Shown piece by piece: positions 46,465-56,380 of a DNA stretch of 64,000 bases. The notes below the pieces were generated by a model. The model worked only from the letters and a program-made list of their open reading frames with translations. It did not search any database and had not been told where the DNA came from. Source of the DNA: Verrucomicrobiales bacterium (GTDB lineage Bacteria > Verrucomicrobiota > Verrucomicrobiia > Methylacidiphilales > JAAUTS01); assembly GCA_031266335.1 (NCBI GenBank), contig JAISBF010000031.1, positions 12,507-76,506 of the forward strand. The letters run 5' to 3'. The position numbers and the translations under genes were made by a program. Every line of letters starts with the position of its first letter. Within the stretch, counting starts at the first letter, position 1.

Positions 46465-47250
46465 ATGTCCATAACCAATAAGGTAAAAAAAGCTTTGATT
46501 AACCGGCAGGTGACGTTTGGCTCGTGGCTACAAATTGGCACGTGTCCGGGCATCGCGGAGATTCTGGCCAATGCCGGTTACGATTGGCTGGTAGTCGATT
46601 GCGAGCATTCCGATATTGACGTCGAAGGATTTTCCGCCTTGGCGCGGGGAATGTATGGGCGAGGGCCGCTGCCGTTGGCCCGTGTCCGGGAAAACGACAC
46701 GCTGGCCATCCGGCAAATGCTCGACGCGGGTGCGCAGGGAATCATTGTGCCGTTAGTGAACAACGCTGATGAAGCGCGCCGGGCGGTCGCTGCGGCGAAG
46801 TATCCGCCGCAGGGCATTCGCGGCTTTTGCTTTTCCCGGATGAACGATTACGGCGTCAATTTTTCCGCATACGCCGCCGCTGCCAATGACAACATCGCGC
46901 TGATCGTGATGATCGAATCAAAACAAGCGGTCGAGGAAATCGACCAAATCCTGAATGTCAGCGGAGTAGATGGTGTCTTGATCGGCCCGTATGATTTGAG
47001 CGGTTCGTATGAGTTGACCGGCCAAACGAATCATCCGACCGTCCGGGCGGCGTGCAAAAAAGTGGCCGACGCCTGTCAGCGACACGGTAAGTCGGCGGGC
47101 TTGCACCTGGTTCATCCCACGCGGGAGTCGATTCAGGACACAATCGACAATGGTTTTACTTTTATTGCCCTGGGGGTTGACATGGTGTTTTTGAATGAAG
47201 CCTCCCGTTCCGCGCTCAACCTGGCCAGGAAAATTTTGGCCAATAACTAA
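46465..47250 (+). CDS. HpcH/HpaI-family 2-keto-3-deoxy-sugar-acid aldolase
   Basis: FGSWLQIGTCPGIAEILANAGYDWLVVDCEHSDID...RVRENDTLAIRQMLDAGAQGIIVPLVNNADEARRAVAAAKYPPQGIRG are typical HpcH/HpaI blocks. Confidence 0.8.
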   Translation: MSITNKVKKALINRQVTFGSWLQIGTCPGIAEILANAGYDWLVVDCEHSDIDVEGFSALARGMYGRGPLPLARVRENDTLAIRQMLDAGAQGIIVPLVNNADEARRAVAAAKYPPQGIRGFCFSRMNDYGVNFSAYAAAANDNIALIVMIESKQAVEEIDQILNVSGVDGVLIGPYDLSGSYELTGQTNHPTVRAACKKVADACQRHGKSAGLHLVHPTRESIQDTIDNGFTFIALGVDMVFLNEASRSALNLARKILANN

Positions 47251-47279
47251 CCGCCAACCGATCAGATTTTCATTTTCTT

Positions 47280-49349
47280 ATGCCGCTTGCAGAAATTCTT
47301 GTCGTGCATCATACCCATACCGATTGGGGGTACACGTCGCATCCCCGCGTGGTGGAAGCGCAACATTATCGTTACATCGACCAGGCCGTTGATTTGTGCC
47401 GCCGGTATCGGGATCAGGGAACTTCCTCGCGGTATCGTTGGACGTGTGAATCATCCTGGGTGGTGCATGGCTGGCTGCAATCACGCGCTCCCCGTGAACG
47501 GCGCGCGTTTCTCGATTGCGTGCGGCGCGGCGAAATTGAAGTCGCCGCCATGCCCCTGCACCCCACGCCGCTGGCGGACAGCCGCACGATTGCGGCGGCT
47601 TTGCGGATACTCGACGAGTTGCGCGCCGAGGGCATTCCCATCTCCGTGGCGCTGATTTGCGACATTAACGGGTTAAGCTGGCCCTGGGCGGACGCGCTGC
47701 TGGACCATGGCGTCACGACATTATGCACGGCCATGAATTTTGTTTGCGGCGGCGGGTTGCCGCGTTATACGGCATTTCAATGGCAGAGCGTGTCAGGCCG
47801 CAAACTGTTGTGCTGGCAGGGCGCGCATTACAATCAGGGGGCTTTTTGGGGCATCAACTACGACGCGCCGCAACCGGCGCCCACGGTCAGCGCCCCGGCC
47901 CGACCCGGTAACCAGTCAATTGATGCCGGCGCTTCAAGGCGGCGGGAAGTTGATTTGGTGAAACGATTGGCGGAGCTTAAGGATTATCCTTACGAAAAGT
48001 TGCTGCTCCAGGTCACCAATGTTCCGCCGGACAATGGCCCGCCGCATCCACAATATTTGGATTACATTGCCGCCTACAATCGGCAAGCCCGCTCGAATGA
48101 ATGGCCGATGATGCGTCCGGCAACCTTGCTGGAATGGGCGAATTACTTGTCCAAGCACGCGGCCAGGCTGCCGGTCTTCACGGGCGACTGGACGGATTGG
48201 TGGGCGTCGGGAGTGGCGAGCACGCCGCGTGAGACCGCCGCGCTGATGGAAGCTCAGCGCCACATTCACGCGGCCGAGCGGCGGGGGCTGCCCGCTGAAC
48301 ATGCGACAGCTGTCAGGCGAAAGATTTTTTTGGCGGCGGAACACACCTGGGGTGGCAGCACCAGCGCCCTCAAGCCCTATCAATTGCTGTCGCTCGCCGG
48401 ACTCGCGGCCAAACAGGAACTCATGTATGCCGCTGTCGTTGACGCCAACGAGGCTTTGCGCGCCTCACTGCAACCGCGTTACCGGTTGTTGGATACCCGG
48501 CTGGAATCATTCGATCCCTTGTGGAACGAGTTGGTCCGGGGCAAAGCTGACGTTGTGCCAGTTCAGCCTTTGCGCCAGGTGAAAGCTTCCCGCCGGAGAA
48601 AAGTTGACTGGCAGCGATGGATTAATCCCGCGACGCTGAAGGTGATCCTTGAGGAACCGCTGAACGGGGAGCGTTCCACCTGGTTTGAGGTTGGAAAATT
48701 TGACCGACCGGAAGCACACGGTCACTGGAACGAGGCGCCCCGCTGGCAGCGAACGGTGCTGAAGTCTGCCCACATTGATTGGGACGCTGCGGGTGATACC
48801 GTCCGCCTCGAGGTACACGTCAAACTCGGTTATACGGAACGTCCCCGTTCCCTCTACATCCTGTTTCCGTTTGGGTTTCAATCGTCACTGCTCGCTGATG
48901 TTGGCGGCGCGTGGGCCGATCCTTGCGGGGAAAATATTCCCGGCTCATGCAAAAACTGGTGGACGGTGCATCGTGGCATTCTGCTGCGCGGACGCGCCAC
49001 CTCGATGCTGTGGACGCCGTGGGATGCGCCACTGGTCATGTTCGATGAACCTTGTCCAACGCCGCCCCGAAAACACAATACGTGGCACGCGCGCACTTTG
49101 GTGTCTTGGCCGATCAATACCTATTGGTTCACAAACTTTTGCGGCTTGAGCGGCGGCGATTACACCTTCCGTTACCGCCTGAAATGGTGGCCCGGCGCGG
49201 TGAGTATGCGCGATGTGGAAGAATATTGCGCGAGCGACCCGCTGGCCGATTATCCGCAGGTGATCGCTGTCGCGCAAGACACTGTTCCTGCCGCAGCGAA
49301 AAACAGAATTCCCAAAAAAATTAACCACCTGAAAAAAAGAAAAATATGA
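47280..49349 (+). CDS. GH38-N-domain-like protein (putative glycosidase)
   Basis: The N-terminus ILVVHHTHTDWGYTSHPRVVEAQHYRYIDQAVDLC resembles the GH38/NodB-like metal-binding start (HxHxDxGW). The remainder was not recognised. Confidence 0.45.
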   Translation: MPLAEILVVHHTHTDWGYTSHPRVVEAQHYRYIDQAVDLCRRYRDQGTSSRYRWTCESSWVVHGWLQSRAPRERRAFLDCVRRGEIEVAAMPLHPTPLADSRTIAAALRILDELRAEGIPISVALICDINGLSWPWADALLDHGVTTLCTAMNFVCGGGLPRYTAFQWQSVSGRKLLCWQGAHYNQGAFWGINYDAPQPAPTVSAPARPGNQSIDAGASRRREVDLVKRLAELKDYPYEKLLLQVTNVPPDNGPPHPQYLDYIAAYNRQARSNEWPMMRPATLLEWANYLSKHAARLPVFTGDWTDWWASGVASTPRETAALMEAQRHIHAAERRGLPAEHATAVRRKIFLAAEHTWGGSTSALKPYQLLSLAGLAAKQELMYAAVVDANEALRASLQPRYRLLDTRLESFDPLWNELVRGKADVVPVQPLRQVKASRRRKVDWQRWINPATLKVILEEPLNGERSTWFEVGKFDRPEAHGHWNEAPRWQRTVLKSAHIDWDAAGDTVRLEVHVKLGYTERPRSLYILFPFGFQSSLLADVGGAWADPCGENIPGSCKNWWTVHRGILLRGRATSMLWTPWDAPLVMFDEPCPTPPRKHNTWHARTLVSWPINTYWFTNFCGLSGGDYTFRYRLKWWPGAVSMRDVEEYCASDPLADYPQVIAVAQDTVPAAAKNRIPKKINHLKKRKI

Positions 49350-49795
49350 TTTTCAACCGACTCGAAGAGGCCAGTCGTTTATACAACCTGCATTCCGGCT
49401 TTGCCAAAGCGTTTGAGTTTCTAAAGCAAGACGGCTTGGCAACACTGCCCATCGGCAGCTATGAGATCAATGGGGAACAGGTTTATGCTATGGTACAACA
49501 AGGCGTTGGCAAAGGGCCGGCCTCGGCCCGCCTGGAAACGCATAAAAAATATATTGATATTCAGTTTACGTTAACAGGGCTGGAGTTGATTGGTTGCGGC
49601 CACGCCAGGTGGCATCAACCCGATTCCCAAGGCTGGGATTACGCCAGGGACATTTGTTTTCTGACCGGGACTCCGGACTTTTGGCTGCTGGTGCCTGAGG
49701 GGAGTTTTGCCATTTTTTATCCAGAAGAAGATTTGCATGCTCCCATGTGCGGAAACGAAGCGGTGCGGAAGATTGTCGTAAAAGTGAGTGCCTAG
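49346..49795 (+). CDS. YhcH/YjgK/YiaL (DUF386, EbgC-like) family protein
   Basis: 149 aa with a 4-nt overlap on the upstream gene. Blocks LHSGFAKAFEFLK, HKKYIDIQFTLTGLELIG and FAIFYPEEDLHAPMC are typical of the family. Confidence 0.7.
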   Translation: MIFNRLEEASRLYNLHSGFAKAFEFLKQDGLATLPIGSYEINGEQVYAMVQQGVGKGPASARLETHKKYIDIQFTLTGLELIGCGHARWHQPDSQGWDYARDICFLTGTPDFWLLVPEGSFAIFYPEEDLHAPMCGNEAVRKIVVKVSA

Positions 49796-49805
49796 TTTAA
49801 CCGTC

Positions 49806-51200
49806 ATGAATGCCACCACTGAAGCAAACGGCGCCGTTGCCACGCCAAATCGCTATGCCGTTGGCACGCTGAAATATGACAAGCGCGCCATCGTGATTTT
49901 ATTCGGCTGGCTGTTATGGGGTGATTTTGCCTTCAATTTTTTCGAGTCGGTCTTCGGGCGGTTCATGCCGTTGTATCTCAAGGAGCTGAACGCTTCCAAT
50001 GTCTTCATCGGCATTACCACCGGCAGCGTCGCCGGCTTGGTCAATATCCTCTTTCTGCCCAATATCAGCCAATGGAGCGACCGATTGCGCGCCCGGCTGG
50101 GACGGCGCATTCCCTTTCTGTTGATTGTCACGCCCCTGACCACCCTATCCCTGCTGGCCATCGGCTTTGCGCCGGAAATCGGCGCCTTGACGCACCGGTA
50201 TTTGCCGTCGTTTTCCTGGCTGACCCAGACCGGGTTGGTGCTGTCCCTGTTGTGCCTGTTCACGATAGCGTTTCATTTTTTCAACATGATTTTGGTCAAT
50301 GTCTTTAACTGGCTGGTGCGCGATGTCGTTCCGCAAGTCCTGATGGCCCGCTTTCTCACCTGGTTTCGCGTCGTCGGGACCGTGGCAGCAATGTTGTTCC
50401 TTTGGTATGTCTTTCCCACGATGCTGTTCCACCGCAAGCTGACCTTCCTTCTGGTCGGCTTTTTCTATCTCGCCGCATTTCTGTTGATGTGCTGGAAAGT
50501 AAAGGAAGGCGATTATCCCGCGCCTGAATCTCGCGGTTCCGCTGATAACTTTTTGCGGCGTTTCGTCACTTATTTCCGGGACTGTCTGGGCATTCCGCTT
50601 TATCGCAATTTTTTTCTCGTCCATGTCCTGTTTGTCATCGGCAATGTTTGCGCCAATTACTCGTTTCTCACTCTTTATGCCCGGCATACCTTGCGCTTGG
50701 AAATGGAGGCCATGGGGCAAATCTACGCCTATGCCGCCCTGTTGAGCGCCGTGGTTTATATTCCGATCGGCTGGTTGTGCGGCAAGATTGGTGAAATGAA
50801 GGTTACGCTGGCCAGTCTGGTCACGCTGGTGATCGTGGCAATCCTGGCTTATTATTTGGTAACCGATCAAACCAGCTGGCTGGTCTATAGTCTCGTGTCC
50901 TCGCTTCCCGCGGTGGGATGGACGCTCGGTTCGCTCACGGTCAGCATGCGTCTGTTCCCGGAGAAAAGTTTCGGCCAGTTTGCGTCGGGCATCAATGTCT
51001 TCAGTTGCGGCGGCATGATTGCCGGCAACTACATCTGCGGAGAATACATGGATTTCGTGGATAGTAATTACCGGCTTATTTTCTGGTGGGTCGCGGGTTT
51101 TTGCACGCTGGCGATCGTGCCGATGGTGGCAGTTTATCGCGGCTGGAGACAACATGGCGGCCCCGATCACTACGTGGCCCCGTCGCCAATACGGAAATAG
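49806..51200 (+). CDS. MFS-type sugar transporter
   Basis: About 12 hydrophobic helices and a basic loop DRLRARLGRRIPFLL after TM2. The start was trimmed to the ATG at 49806 from the GTG at 49788. Confidence 0.65.
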   Translation: MNATTEANGAVATPNRYAVGTLKYDKRAIVILFGWLLWGDFAFNFFESVFGRFMPLYLKELNASNVFIGITTGSVAGLVNILFLPNISQWSDRLRARLGRRIPFLLIVTPLTTLSLLAIGFAPEIGALTHRYLPSFSWLTQTGLVLSLLCLFTIAFHFFNMILVNVFNWLVRDVVPQVLMARFLTWFRVVGTVAAMLFLWYVFPTMLFHRKLTFLLVGFFYLAAFLLMCWKVKEGDYPAPESRGSADNFLRRFVTYFRDCLGIPLYRNFFLVHVLFVIGNVCANYSFLTLYARHTLRLEMEAMGQIYAYAALLSAVVYIPIGWLCGKIGEMKVTLASLVTLVIVAILAYYLVTDQTSWLVYSLVSSLPAVGWTLGSLTVSMRLFPEKSFGQFASGINVFSCGGMIAGNYICGEYMDFVDSNYRLIFWWVAGFCTLAIVPMVAVYRGWRQHGGPDHYVAPSPIRK

Positions 51201-51240
51201 AATAATGAAACCTACTTTATCAGCATCAACCCCGTGACTT

Positions 51241-52446
51241 ATGCAAATGACTCCTCCCACTATTCTGCCTTGCCTGCAGGCCCGCCTCCAGGCTCAGGAA
51301 AATCTATACGCGTCGCGCAACCGGATTTCCTCCTCGGCCTGGTCCAATGGGATTTTCGACCGTTACGAACATCCGGTGCTCACCGCCGCGCATGTCCCGC
51401 TTGCCTGGCGTTTCGATTTTAATCCGGCCACCAATCCGCGCGGCCTCGAACGACTCGGCATCAATGCGGTGTTAAATCCCGGCGCCATTGAACTCAACGG
51501 CCGTTTTTATCTGATCGCCCGCGTCGAGGGCGCCGACCGCAAATCGTTTTTTGCCGTCGCGGAAAGCGCTTCCGGCATTGATCAGTTCCGGTTCCATGCA
51601 GATCCGATTTTGCTCGACCAAATCGACGATCCCGATGTCAACGTCTATGACATGCGGCTGGTGAAACACGAGGACGGCTGGATCTACGGGCTGTTTTGCA
51701 CCGAACGGCGCGATCCCACGGCTCCACAGTCCGACACCAGCAGCGCGGTCGCGCAATGCGGCATGGTCCGCACTCACGATTTGAAAAACTGGGAACGACT
51801 GCCTGACTTCAAATCATCCTCCGCCCAGCAGCGCAATGTGGTGCTGCATCCCGAATTCGTCAACGGTCGTTATGCCTTCTACACCCGACCGCAGGATGAT
51901 TTCATCTCGACCGGCTCCGGTGGCGGCATCGGCTGGGCTTTGTCCGCGTCAATGAATCCGGCGGTAATCGGTGCCGAGGAAATCATGGATCCGCGAGTTT
52001 ATCATACCGTCAAGGAGCTTAAAAACGGACAAGGGCCGGCCCCCTTGCGCACTTCCGCCGGCTGGCTGCATCTGGCGCACGGCGTGCGCAACACCGCCGC
52101 CGGGTTGCGTTACGTGGTCTATGCGTTGCTTTCCGATTTGCGCGAACCCGCCAAAGTGCTGCGGCGTCCCGCCGGCTACCTGATTGCCCCCGAGGGCGAG
52201 GAGCGAATCGGCGACGTAGCCAATGTCATTTTCTGCAACGGCGCCATCGCGCGGGAAAACGGCGACGTTTACATCTACTACGCCTCATCGGACACCCGCA
52301 TTCACGTTGCCACCAGCACCGTGGAGCGTTTGCTTGACTACGTCATGAACACCCCGGCAGACCCGCTTATTTCTTCCGAATGTGTGCGTCAGCGCCGGTC
52401 ATTGATTCACGCTAACCGTGAATTTTTGGCCGCCGCCCATTTATGA
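51241..52446 (+). CDS. GH130 family phosphorylase, 4-O-beta-D-mannosyl-D-glucose phosphorylase-like
   Basis: Long blocks match remembered GH130_1 sequence: [110 protein letters not shown] and [22 protein letters not shown]. Confidence 0.85.
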   Translation: MQMTPPTILPCLQARLQAQENLYASRNRISSSAWSNGIFDRYEHPVLTAAHVPLAWRFDFNPATNPRGLERLGINAVLNPGAIELNGRFYLIARVEGADRKSFFAVAESASGIDQFRFHADPILLDQIDDPDVNVYDMRLVKHEDGWIYGLFCTERRDPTAPQSDTSSAVAQCGMVRTHDLKNWERLPDFKSSSAQQRNVVLHPEFVNGRYAFYTRPQDDFISTGSGGGIGWALSASMNPAVIGAEEIMDPRVYHTVKELKNGQGPAPLRTSAGWLHLAHGVRNTAAGLRYVVYALLSDLREPAKVLRRPAGYLIAPEGEERIGDVANVIFCNGAIARENGDVYIYYASSDTRIHVATSTVERLLDYVMNTPADPLISSECVRQRRSLIHANREFLAAAHL

Positions 52447-52532
52447 TTATGCGCCACGCTGACCATCACCTGACCGACGATTATTAGCTAGTGTCGCTGA
52501 TGGTAATCCATACGCCGGGAGCATCCCGGTGG

Positions 52533-53405
52533 TTATCTCGCCACGCCGGACGCTGACAATGGGATCGTCTGCGTCTCGGAAAGTTTGGCCCGCTCGGTCG
52601 CGTCCTTTTTGGTTAAACCGCCGACAAACTGCACCGTGCCGTGATCGCTTCTGGCCAGTGTCGGCGTCATGACCCCGGCGATGGACTGACGGTCCTCCTG
52701 GGCCAGAATGCCGCCATTGGCATCCGCCTCGGTGTAACGGTAATTCTTGGCGCTAATCACTTGCACGATATGAAGATTGCCCGTACGGTCAAACGCAATC
52801 TGCGGATCGGCAAAGGAGACCACTTTGCCCAACCGAACCGTGTTGTACATCAAATTCTGATCCGGTTCCTCCACCCGCAAATACAAATTCGCCTCGTTCA
52901 CATCCAAAAACCGCACCAGACTGTACACTCGTTTCACGCCGGTGTTGTAAACGTCTTGCGTCCAAATCGTCTCGCCCTTGCCCACAGTAAAATAAAGTTT
53001 GCCGGTCATGATAGGCTTCAGACCGGGAATGTGAACAATGGCTTGCGCGGTATAACCGCCGGTGGAGCGAATGGCGTAATAAGGCAAAATGTCCACGCTG
53101 ATCCGCTTGGTTTCCCCGGGCGCCAGGTTAATTTGTTTGGCGGTGATGCTTTTAACCTGATTGACCACGCCGCTGGCTTGGTTGAACACCAAAAAGCCCA
53201 GCCACGACTTACCGTCGTCATTCGCGCTCAGGCTGAATGGAGCGTCGGTCACGTTGGTTAACTCCAGGGTCAGGTCAATTGATTCATATTGCAGGTAAAG
53301 ACTGCGCTGTTGGGAAAATTGCACCTCCACCTGCGCTGACACTGGTGTCACGACCAGCCATGAAAATATCCCGGCACAAACCGCACAAATAAATTTCATT
53401 GGCAA
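52533..53405 (-). CDS. hypothetical secreted beta-rich protein
   Basis: 290-aa ORF with the signal peptide MKFICAVCAGIFSWLVVTPVSAQ. No motif was recognised. Confidence 0.5.
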   Translation of the reverse strand: MPMKFICAVCAGIFSWLVVTPVSAQVEVQFSQQRSLYLQYESIDLTLELTNVTDAPFSLSANDDGKSWLGFLVFNQASGVVNQVKSITAKQINLAPGETKRISVDILPYYAIRSTGGYTAQAIVHIPGLKPIMTGKLYFTVGKGETIWTQDVYNTGVKRVYSLVRFLDVNEANLYLRVEEPDQNLMYNTVRLGKVVSFADPQIAFDRTGNLHIVQVISAKNYRYTEADANGGILAQEDRQSIAGVMTPTLARSDHGTVQFVGGLTKKDATERAKLSETQTIPLSASGVAR

Positions 53406-53455
53406 ATATTATCGTAACAGCGTCAGCGTGACAATATTCATTTCCACCCCTGACA

Positions 53456-53492
53456 ACAAAAAGGCCGGAGGAAATATCCTCCGGCCTTTTCG
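53456..53492 (-). terminator. rho-independent terminator (bidirectional shape)
   Basis: aaaaaGGCCGGAGGaaatatCCTCCGGCCttttcg: a 9-bp GC stem at 53463-53471/53478-53486 flanked by an A-run and a T-run, about 30 nt downstream of the stop of the 53517-54302 gene. Confidence 0.8.
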
Positions 53493-53516
53493 TCAATATC
53501 AGCGGCAACCGCCGAT

Positions 53517-54302
53517 TCAGGCAACTGTCGCGGTATTTTTCGCGGCGGTGGCGGCGGCCAGGGCTTTTAGCCACGAACCGAAGAAGCGCGGTTTGCAGGC
53601 GGCGGCAAACAGCGCCGGGGCGTGTCTGCGCACCTCGCCGCTTTGCAGCCGTATTCCCTGGCGCTGCAAGTCGCGGATGCCGTCAATCACCATCGCACTG
53701 GTCCAGCGCCGGCGGCGGCGGATGCTGGCGTAATCAATCCCGGCTTTCTCCACCGCGGCGCCCCAGTTGCCGAACCGCCGGCGGGCGGTGGCGATCAGCG
53801 GGTTGGCAGTTTCATCCATGGTCTTCGAACTGAGATCCACGCCTTGCTCCTTGAGCCGGCGGATTTCGTCCAGAATGGTTTCCTCATTCCAGGAGCGGTA
53901 ACGGTAAATTTCGTTCGGCGCCAAACCGGCTGCCGTCAGCGCCGTTTTCCACGAGCCGAAATGCTTCGGGCGAATCGCCGCATAGACCATGCTGTTATAG
54001 GAACTGAGCATCATCGCGCGGAACGAAAGATCGGCGCCCTGTTTGAATAACTCCTGAATCTGCGCCACGATGCCGTCCTTGGTCCAATGCTGGTATTTGC
54101 GGACTTCATTGTATTGGATGCCGGCTTTTTCAACGGCGGCCTGCCAGCTGCCGTAGTAGCGGATGCCGGCCGCGAGCAATTCCTGGAAATTCTTGCGCAC
54201 ATGATGGGAATAGAGCGGCTCGCCGCGCAAATTCCATTGCCTGATTTCTTCCAGCACGATTGCTGCCGACCATTTTCTATTTTTACGTGAACGTGTTTTC
54301 AT
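53517..54302 (-). CDS. protein made of four tandem repeats of about 65 aa (homing-endonuclease-associated-repeat-like)
   Basis: The repeat core W..xxIxxxIxxLxxxGxxL...(Y/F)GSWxxAxxxAGI occurs four times: YGSWQAAVEKAGIQY, FGSWKTALTAAGLAP, FGNWGAAVEKAGIDY and FGSWLKALAAA. Confidence 0.45.
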   Translation of the reverse strand: MKTRSRKNRKWSAAIVLEEIRQWNLRGEPLYSHHVRKNFQELLAAGIRYYGSWQAAVEKAGIQYNEVRKYQHWTKDGIVAQIQELFKQGADLSFRAMMLSSYNSMVYAAIRPKHFGSWKTALTAAGLAPNEIYRYRSWNEETILDEIRRLKEQGVDLSSKTMDETANPLIATARRRFGNWGAAVEKAGIDYASIRRRRRWTSAMVIDGIRDLQRQGIRLQSGEVRRHAPALFAAACKPRFFGSWLKALAAATAAKNTATVA

Positions 54303-54483
54303 TGTAGCTTGACCTTTCTTTGTCAGTTTGGGGTTAAAAACATATCAACAGTAATTGTTCTTTCAATAATTGCAAGAACGGCATAACTCGCGCCGGTTTA
54401 TGTTGTTCGTAACTAATTGATTTTAAAATAGTTATAAATGTATTACATTTTAGTAATTAAGATGATAATCAATACCGATAATA

Positions 54484-55443
54484 TCAATCCGCCAATGATC
54501 GCCAGGCGGCGGCCACCTGTGCGGGGGTAATCGCCCGCAGGCACGCCATGCGGTTAGCCCGCTGGCAGTGACGGCGCAGGCACGGGCGGCACGACAAGTC
54601 GATTGTTAGCAGTTTCACCTGCCGGGCGCGCGGCGCGGTCTTGTGCGGGTCAGTCGCGCCAAACAAGGCCACCAGTGGACGGTCAAACGCCGCCGCCACG
54701 TGCAGCGGGCCGGAATCCGTGCCGACCACCGCGCGGGCCGCGCCCAGCAGCGTCAGCAAACCGCGCAGGTCCGTCTGGCCGCGCAAATCCAGCAGATTGG
54801 GCGCGGTGGCCGGGAAAAAATCCCCTTGGCCGACCAGCACAAACTTTTCCTCCGGCAGCAGTCGCGCCAGTTGCTCGTAATTCCGCCACGGCCACAGTTT
54901 CGTTTCCCATTTGCTGTACGGGTGCAGCACGGTGTAGCCGCCCGTCTGTAATCCGGCGGGTAATTCATCCGGCGGTCTAACTAATAATTGAGTATTAGCT
55001 ATGGCGTCGCCGCTGGCGGTGCCGGTCACGGTCAGCGCCGCGGTCAGGTAACGGTCCGTCGCGTGAGCCTGGACATCCGCCACCACCTCGTCGTAGGCCA
55101 GCCGCGACCACTCGCGGCCCGATTGCAAGCCCACCCGCCGCGCCGCGCGCACCGCCCGCGTCATCAGCGCGCTGCGCGCCAGTCCTTGCAAATCCAGTGC
55201 CAGGTCGAACTTGTGTCGCCGCAGGGTCAGCAGCCAGCGCGCGAACGCCGCCGGCGCGGCGCGCAGCCGCCGGCGCGGAAAGGTGATGAGTTCATCCACC
55301 CACGGGCACGCCGCCACCAGTGGCGCGTAATCCTCGTCCACCAGCCAGGCCAGCCGGCCGCCGCGCGACTTTAGCACCGGCGCCACCGTCAGCGCCTGCG
55401 CCACATCGCCGAGCGCGGTCGGCTTGATGACCAGCATATTCAC
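54484..55443 (-). CDS. glycosyltransferase family 9 (LPS heptosyltransferase-like)
   Basis: MLVIKPTALGDVAQALTVAPVLK at the N-terminus and GTDSGPLHVAAAFDRPLVALFGATDP near the C-terminus are typical GT9 blocks. Confidence 0.8.
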   Translation of the reverse strand: MNMLVIKPTALGDVAQALTVAPVLKSRGGRLAWLVDEDYAPLVAACPWVDELITFPRRRLRAAPAAFARWLLTLRRHKFDLALDLQGLARSALMTRAVRAARRVGLQSGREWSRLAYDEVVADVQAHATDRYLTAALTVTGTASGDAIANTQLLVRPPDELPAGLQTGGYTVLHPYSKWETKLWPWRNYEQLARLLPEEKFVLVGQGDFFPATAPNLLDLRGQTDLRGLLTLLGAARAVVGTDSGPLHVAAAFDRPLVALFGATDPHKTAPRARQVKLLTIDLSCRPCLRRHCQRANRMACLRAITPAQVAAAWRSLAD

Positions 55444-55480
55444 TGCGCCAGCCTAACCGCGCGCCGTGAAGTTACGAACA

Positions 55481-55515
55481 AAAAAGCCGCTGACAGTGAC
55501 TGCACTGTCAGCGGC
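55481..55515 (-). terminator. rho-independent terminator whose stem is an inverted pair of the abundant GCCGCTGACAGTG word
   Basis: gccgctgacagtg (55486-55498), a 4-nt loop, then cactgtcagcggc (55503-55515). On the minus strand the hairpin is followed by TTTTTTGTT. It lies 21 nt downstream of the SGNH hydrolase stop. Confidence 0.8.
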
Positions 55516-55535
55516 GGTTGGTGAATATCGCAATG

Positions 55536-56294
55536 TTATTGCAAATATTTGTCAATATACGGCTGAATGGCGTCGGCCCAGATCTGGTAACCGTTGGCGT
55601 TCGGATGCAAAAAGTCGGGCATGATGTCCTTGCCCAGCGTGCCGTCGGATTGCAGGAATTTGTCGCTGAAATCCACGAACACCACCTTGTCGCCGTCGTC
55701 CAGTTTGGCGATGGCGGCGTTGACTTCCTTGATTTTCGCGCGCCAGGGATGGTCGGCCTTTTCGTTGCGCGGGAAAATGGCTTGCAGCAGAATCACCGCG
55801 TCGGGACAGAGCTTGCGGTATTCCGCGACTATCGCCGTGACCCCGTCGATGATATCCTCGGCTGAGTTGCCGATGTTGTTGGTGCCGATCATGATGGCAA
55901 CCAGCTTCGGTTGCAGGCTGCTCATCTGGCCCTGCGACAGGCGCCACAGCACGTTTTCCGTGCGGTCGCCGCCGATGCCAAAGTTGAACGCGCCGTATTT
56001 CACATAGCGTTCCTGCCAGATTTTCTGTCCACCGCCGTGCCAGCCGTCGGTGATGGAATCGCCGTCGAATACCAGCTTGATGGACTGCGTGCGGTTTTGC
56101 GTCTGGGCGGCGTCGTTGCTGCGTTTCACCCGCTCCACCCATTCGGCGCGCGGATAAGGGAAGACGGTGACCTTGGCACCGGCCGGTCGGGACGGCAGTT
56201 CGGCGGGCATCGGCCACACCTTGGGATTGTTTTGGGCGTTAACGGCGACTACGCTCACGAGCGCCATGACGGATGTAAGAAGGAATTTCTTCAT
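55536..56294 (-). CDS. secreted SGNH/GDSL hydrolase
   Basis: Blocks I-V: VFDGDSITDGW, GIGGDRTENVLWRL, AIMIGTNN and DFLHPNANGYQIWA. Signal peptide MKKFLLTSVMALVSVVAVNA. The start was trimmed to 56294. Confidence 0.8.
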   Translation of the reverse strand: MKKFLLTSVMALVSVVAVNAQNNPKVWPMPAELPSRPAGAKVTVFPYPRAEWVERVKRSNDAAQTQNRTQSIKLVFDGDSITDGWHGGGQKIWQERYVKYGAFNFGIGGDRTENVLWRLSQGQMSSLQPKLVAIMIGTNNIGNSAEDIIDGVTAIVAEYRKLCPDAVILLQAIFPRNEKADHPWRAKIKEVNAAIAKLDDGDKVVFVDFSDKFLQSDGTLGKDIMPDFLHPNANGYQIWADAIQPYIDKYLQ

Positions 56295-56380
56295 TCCGTC
56301 CAACTTAATGAATTGCCGCTGATGGTCAACTCTTAAACTGCGTTGGCTAACCGTTTGGCCGCCGAAATTTTCATCAGCGG

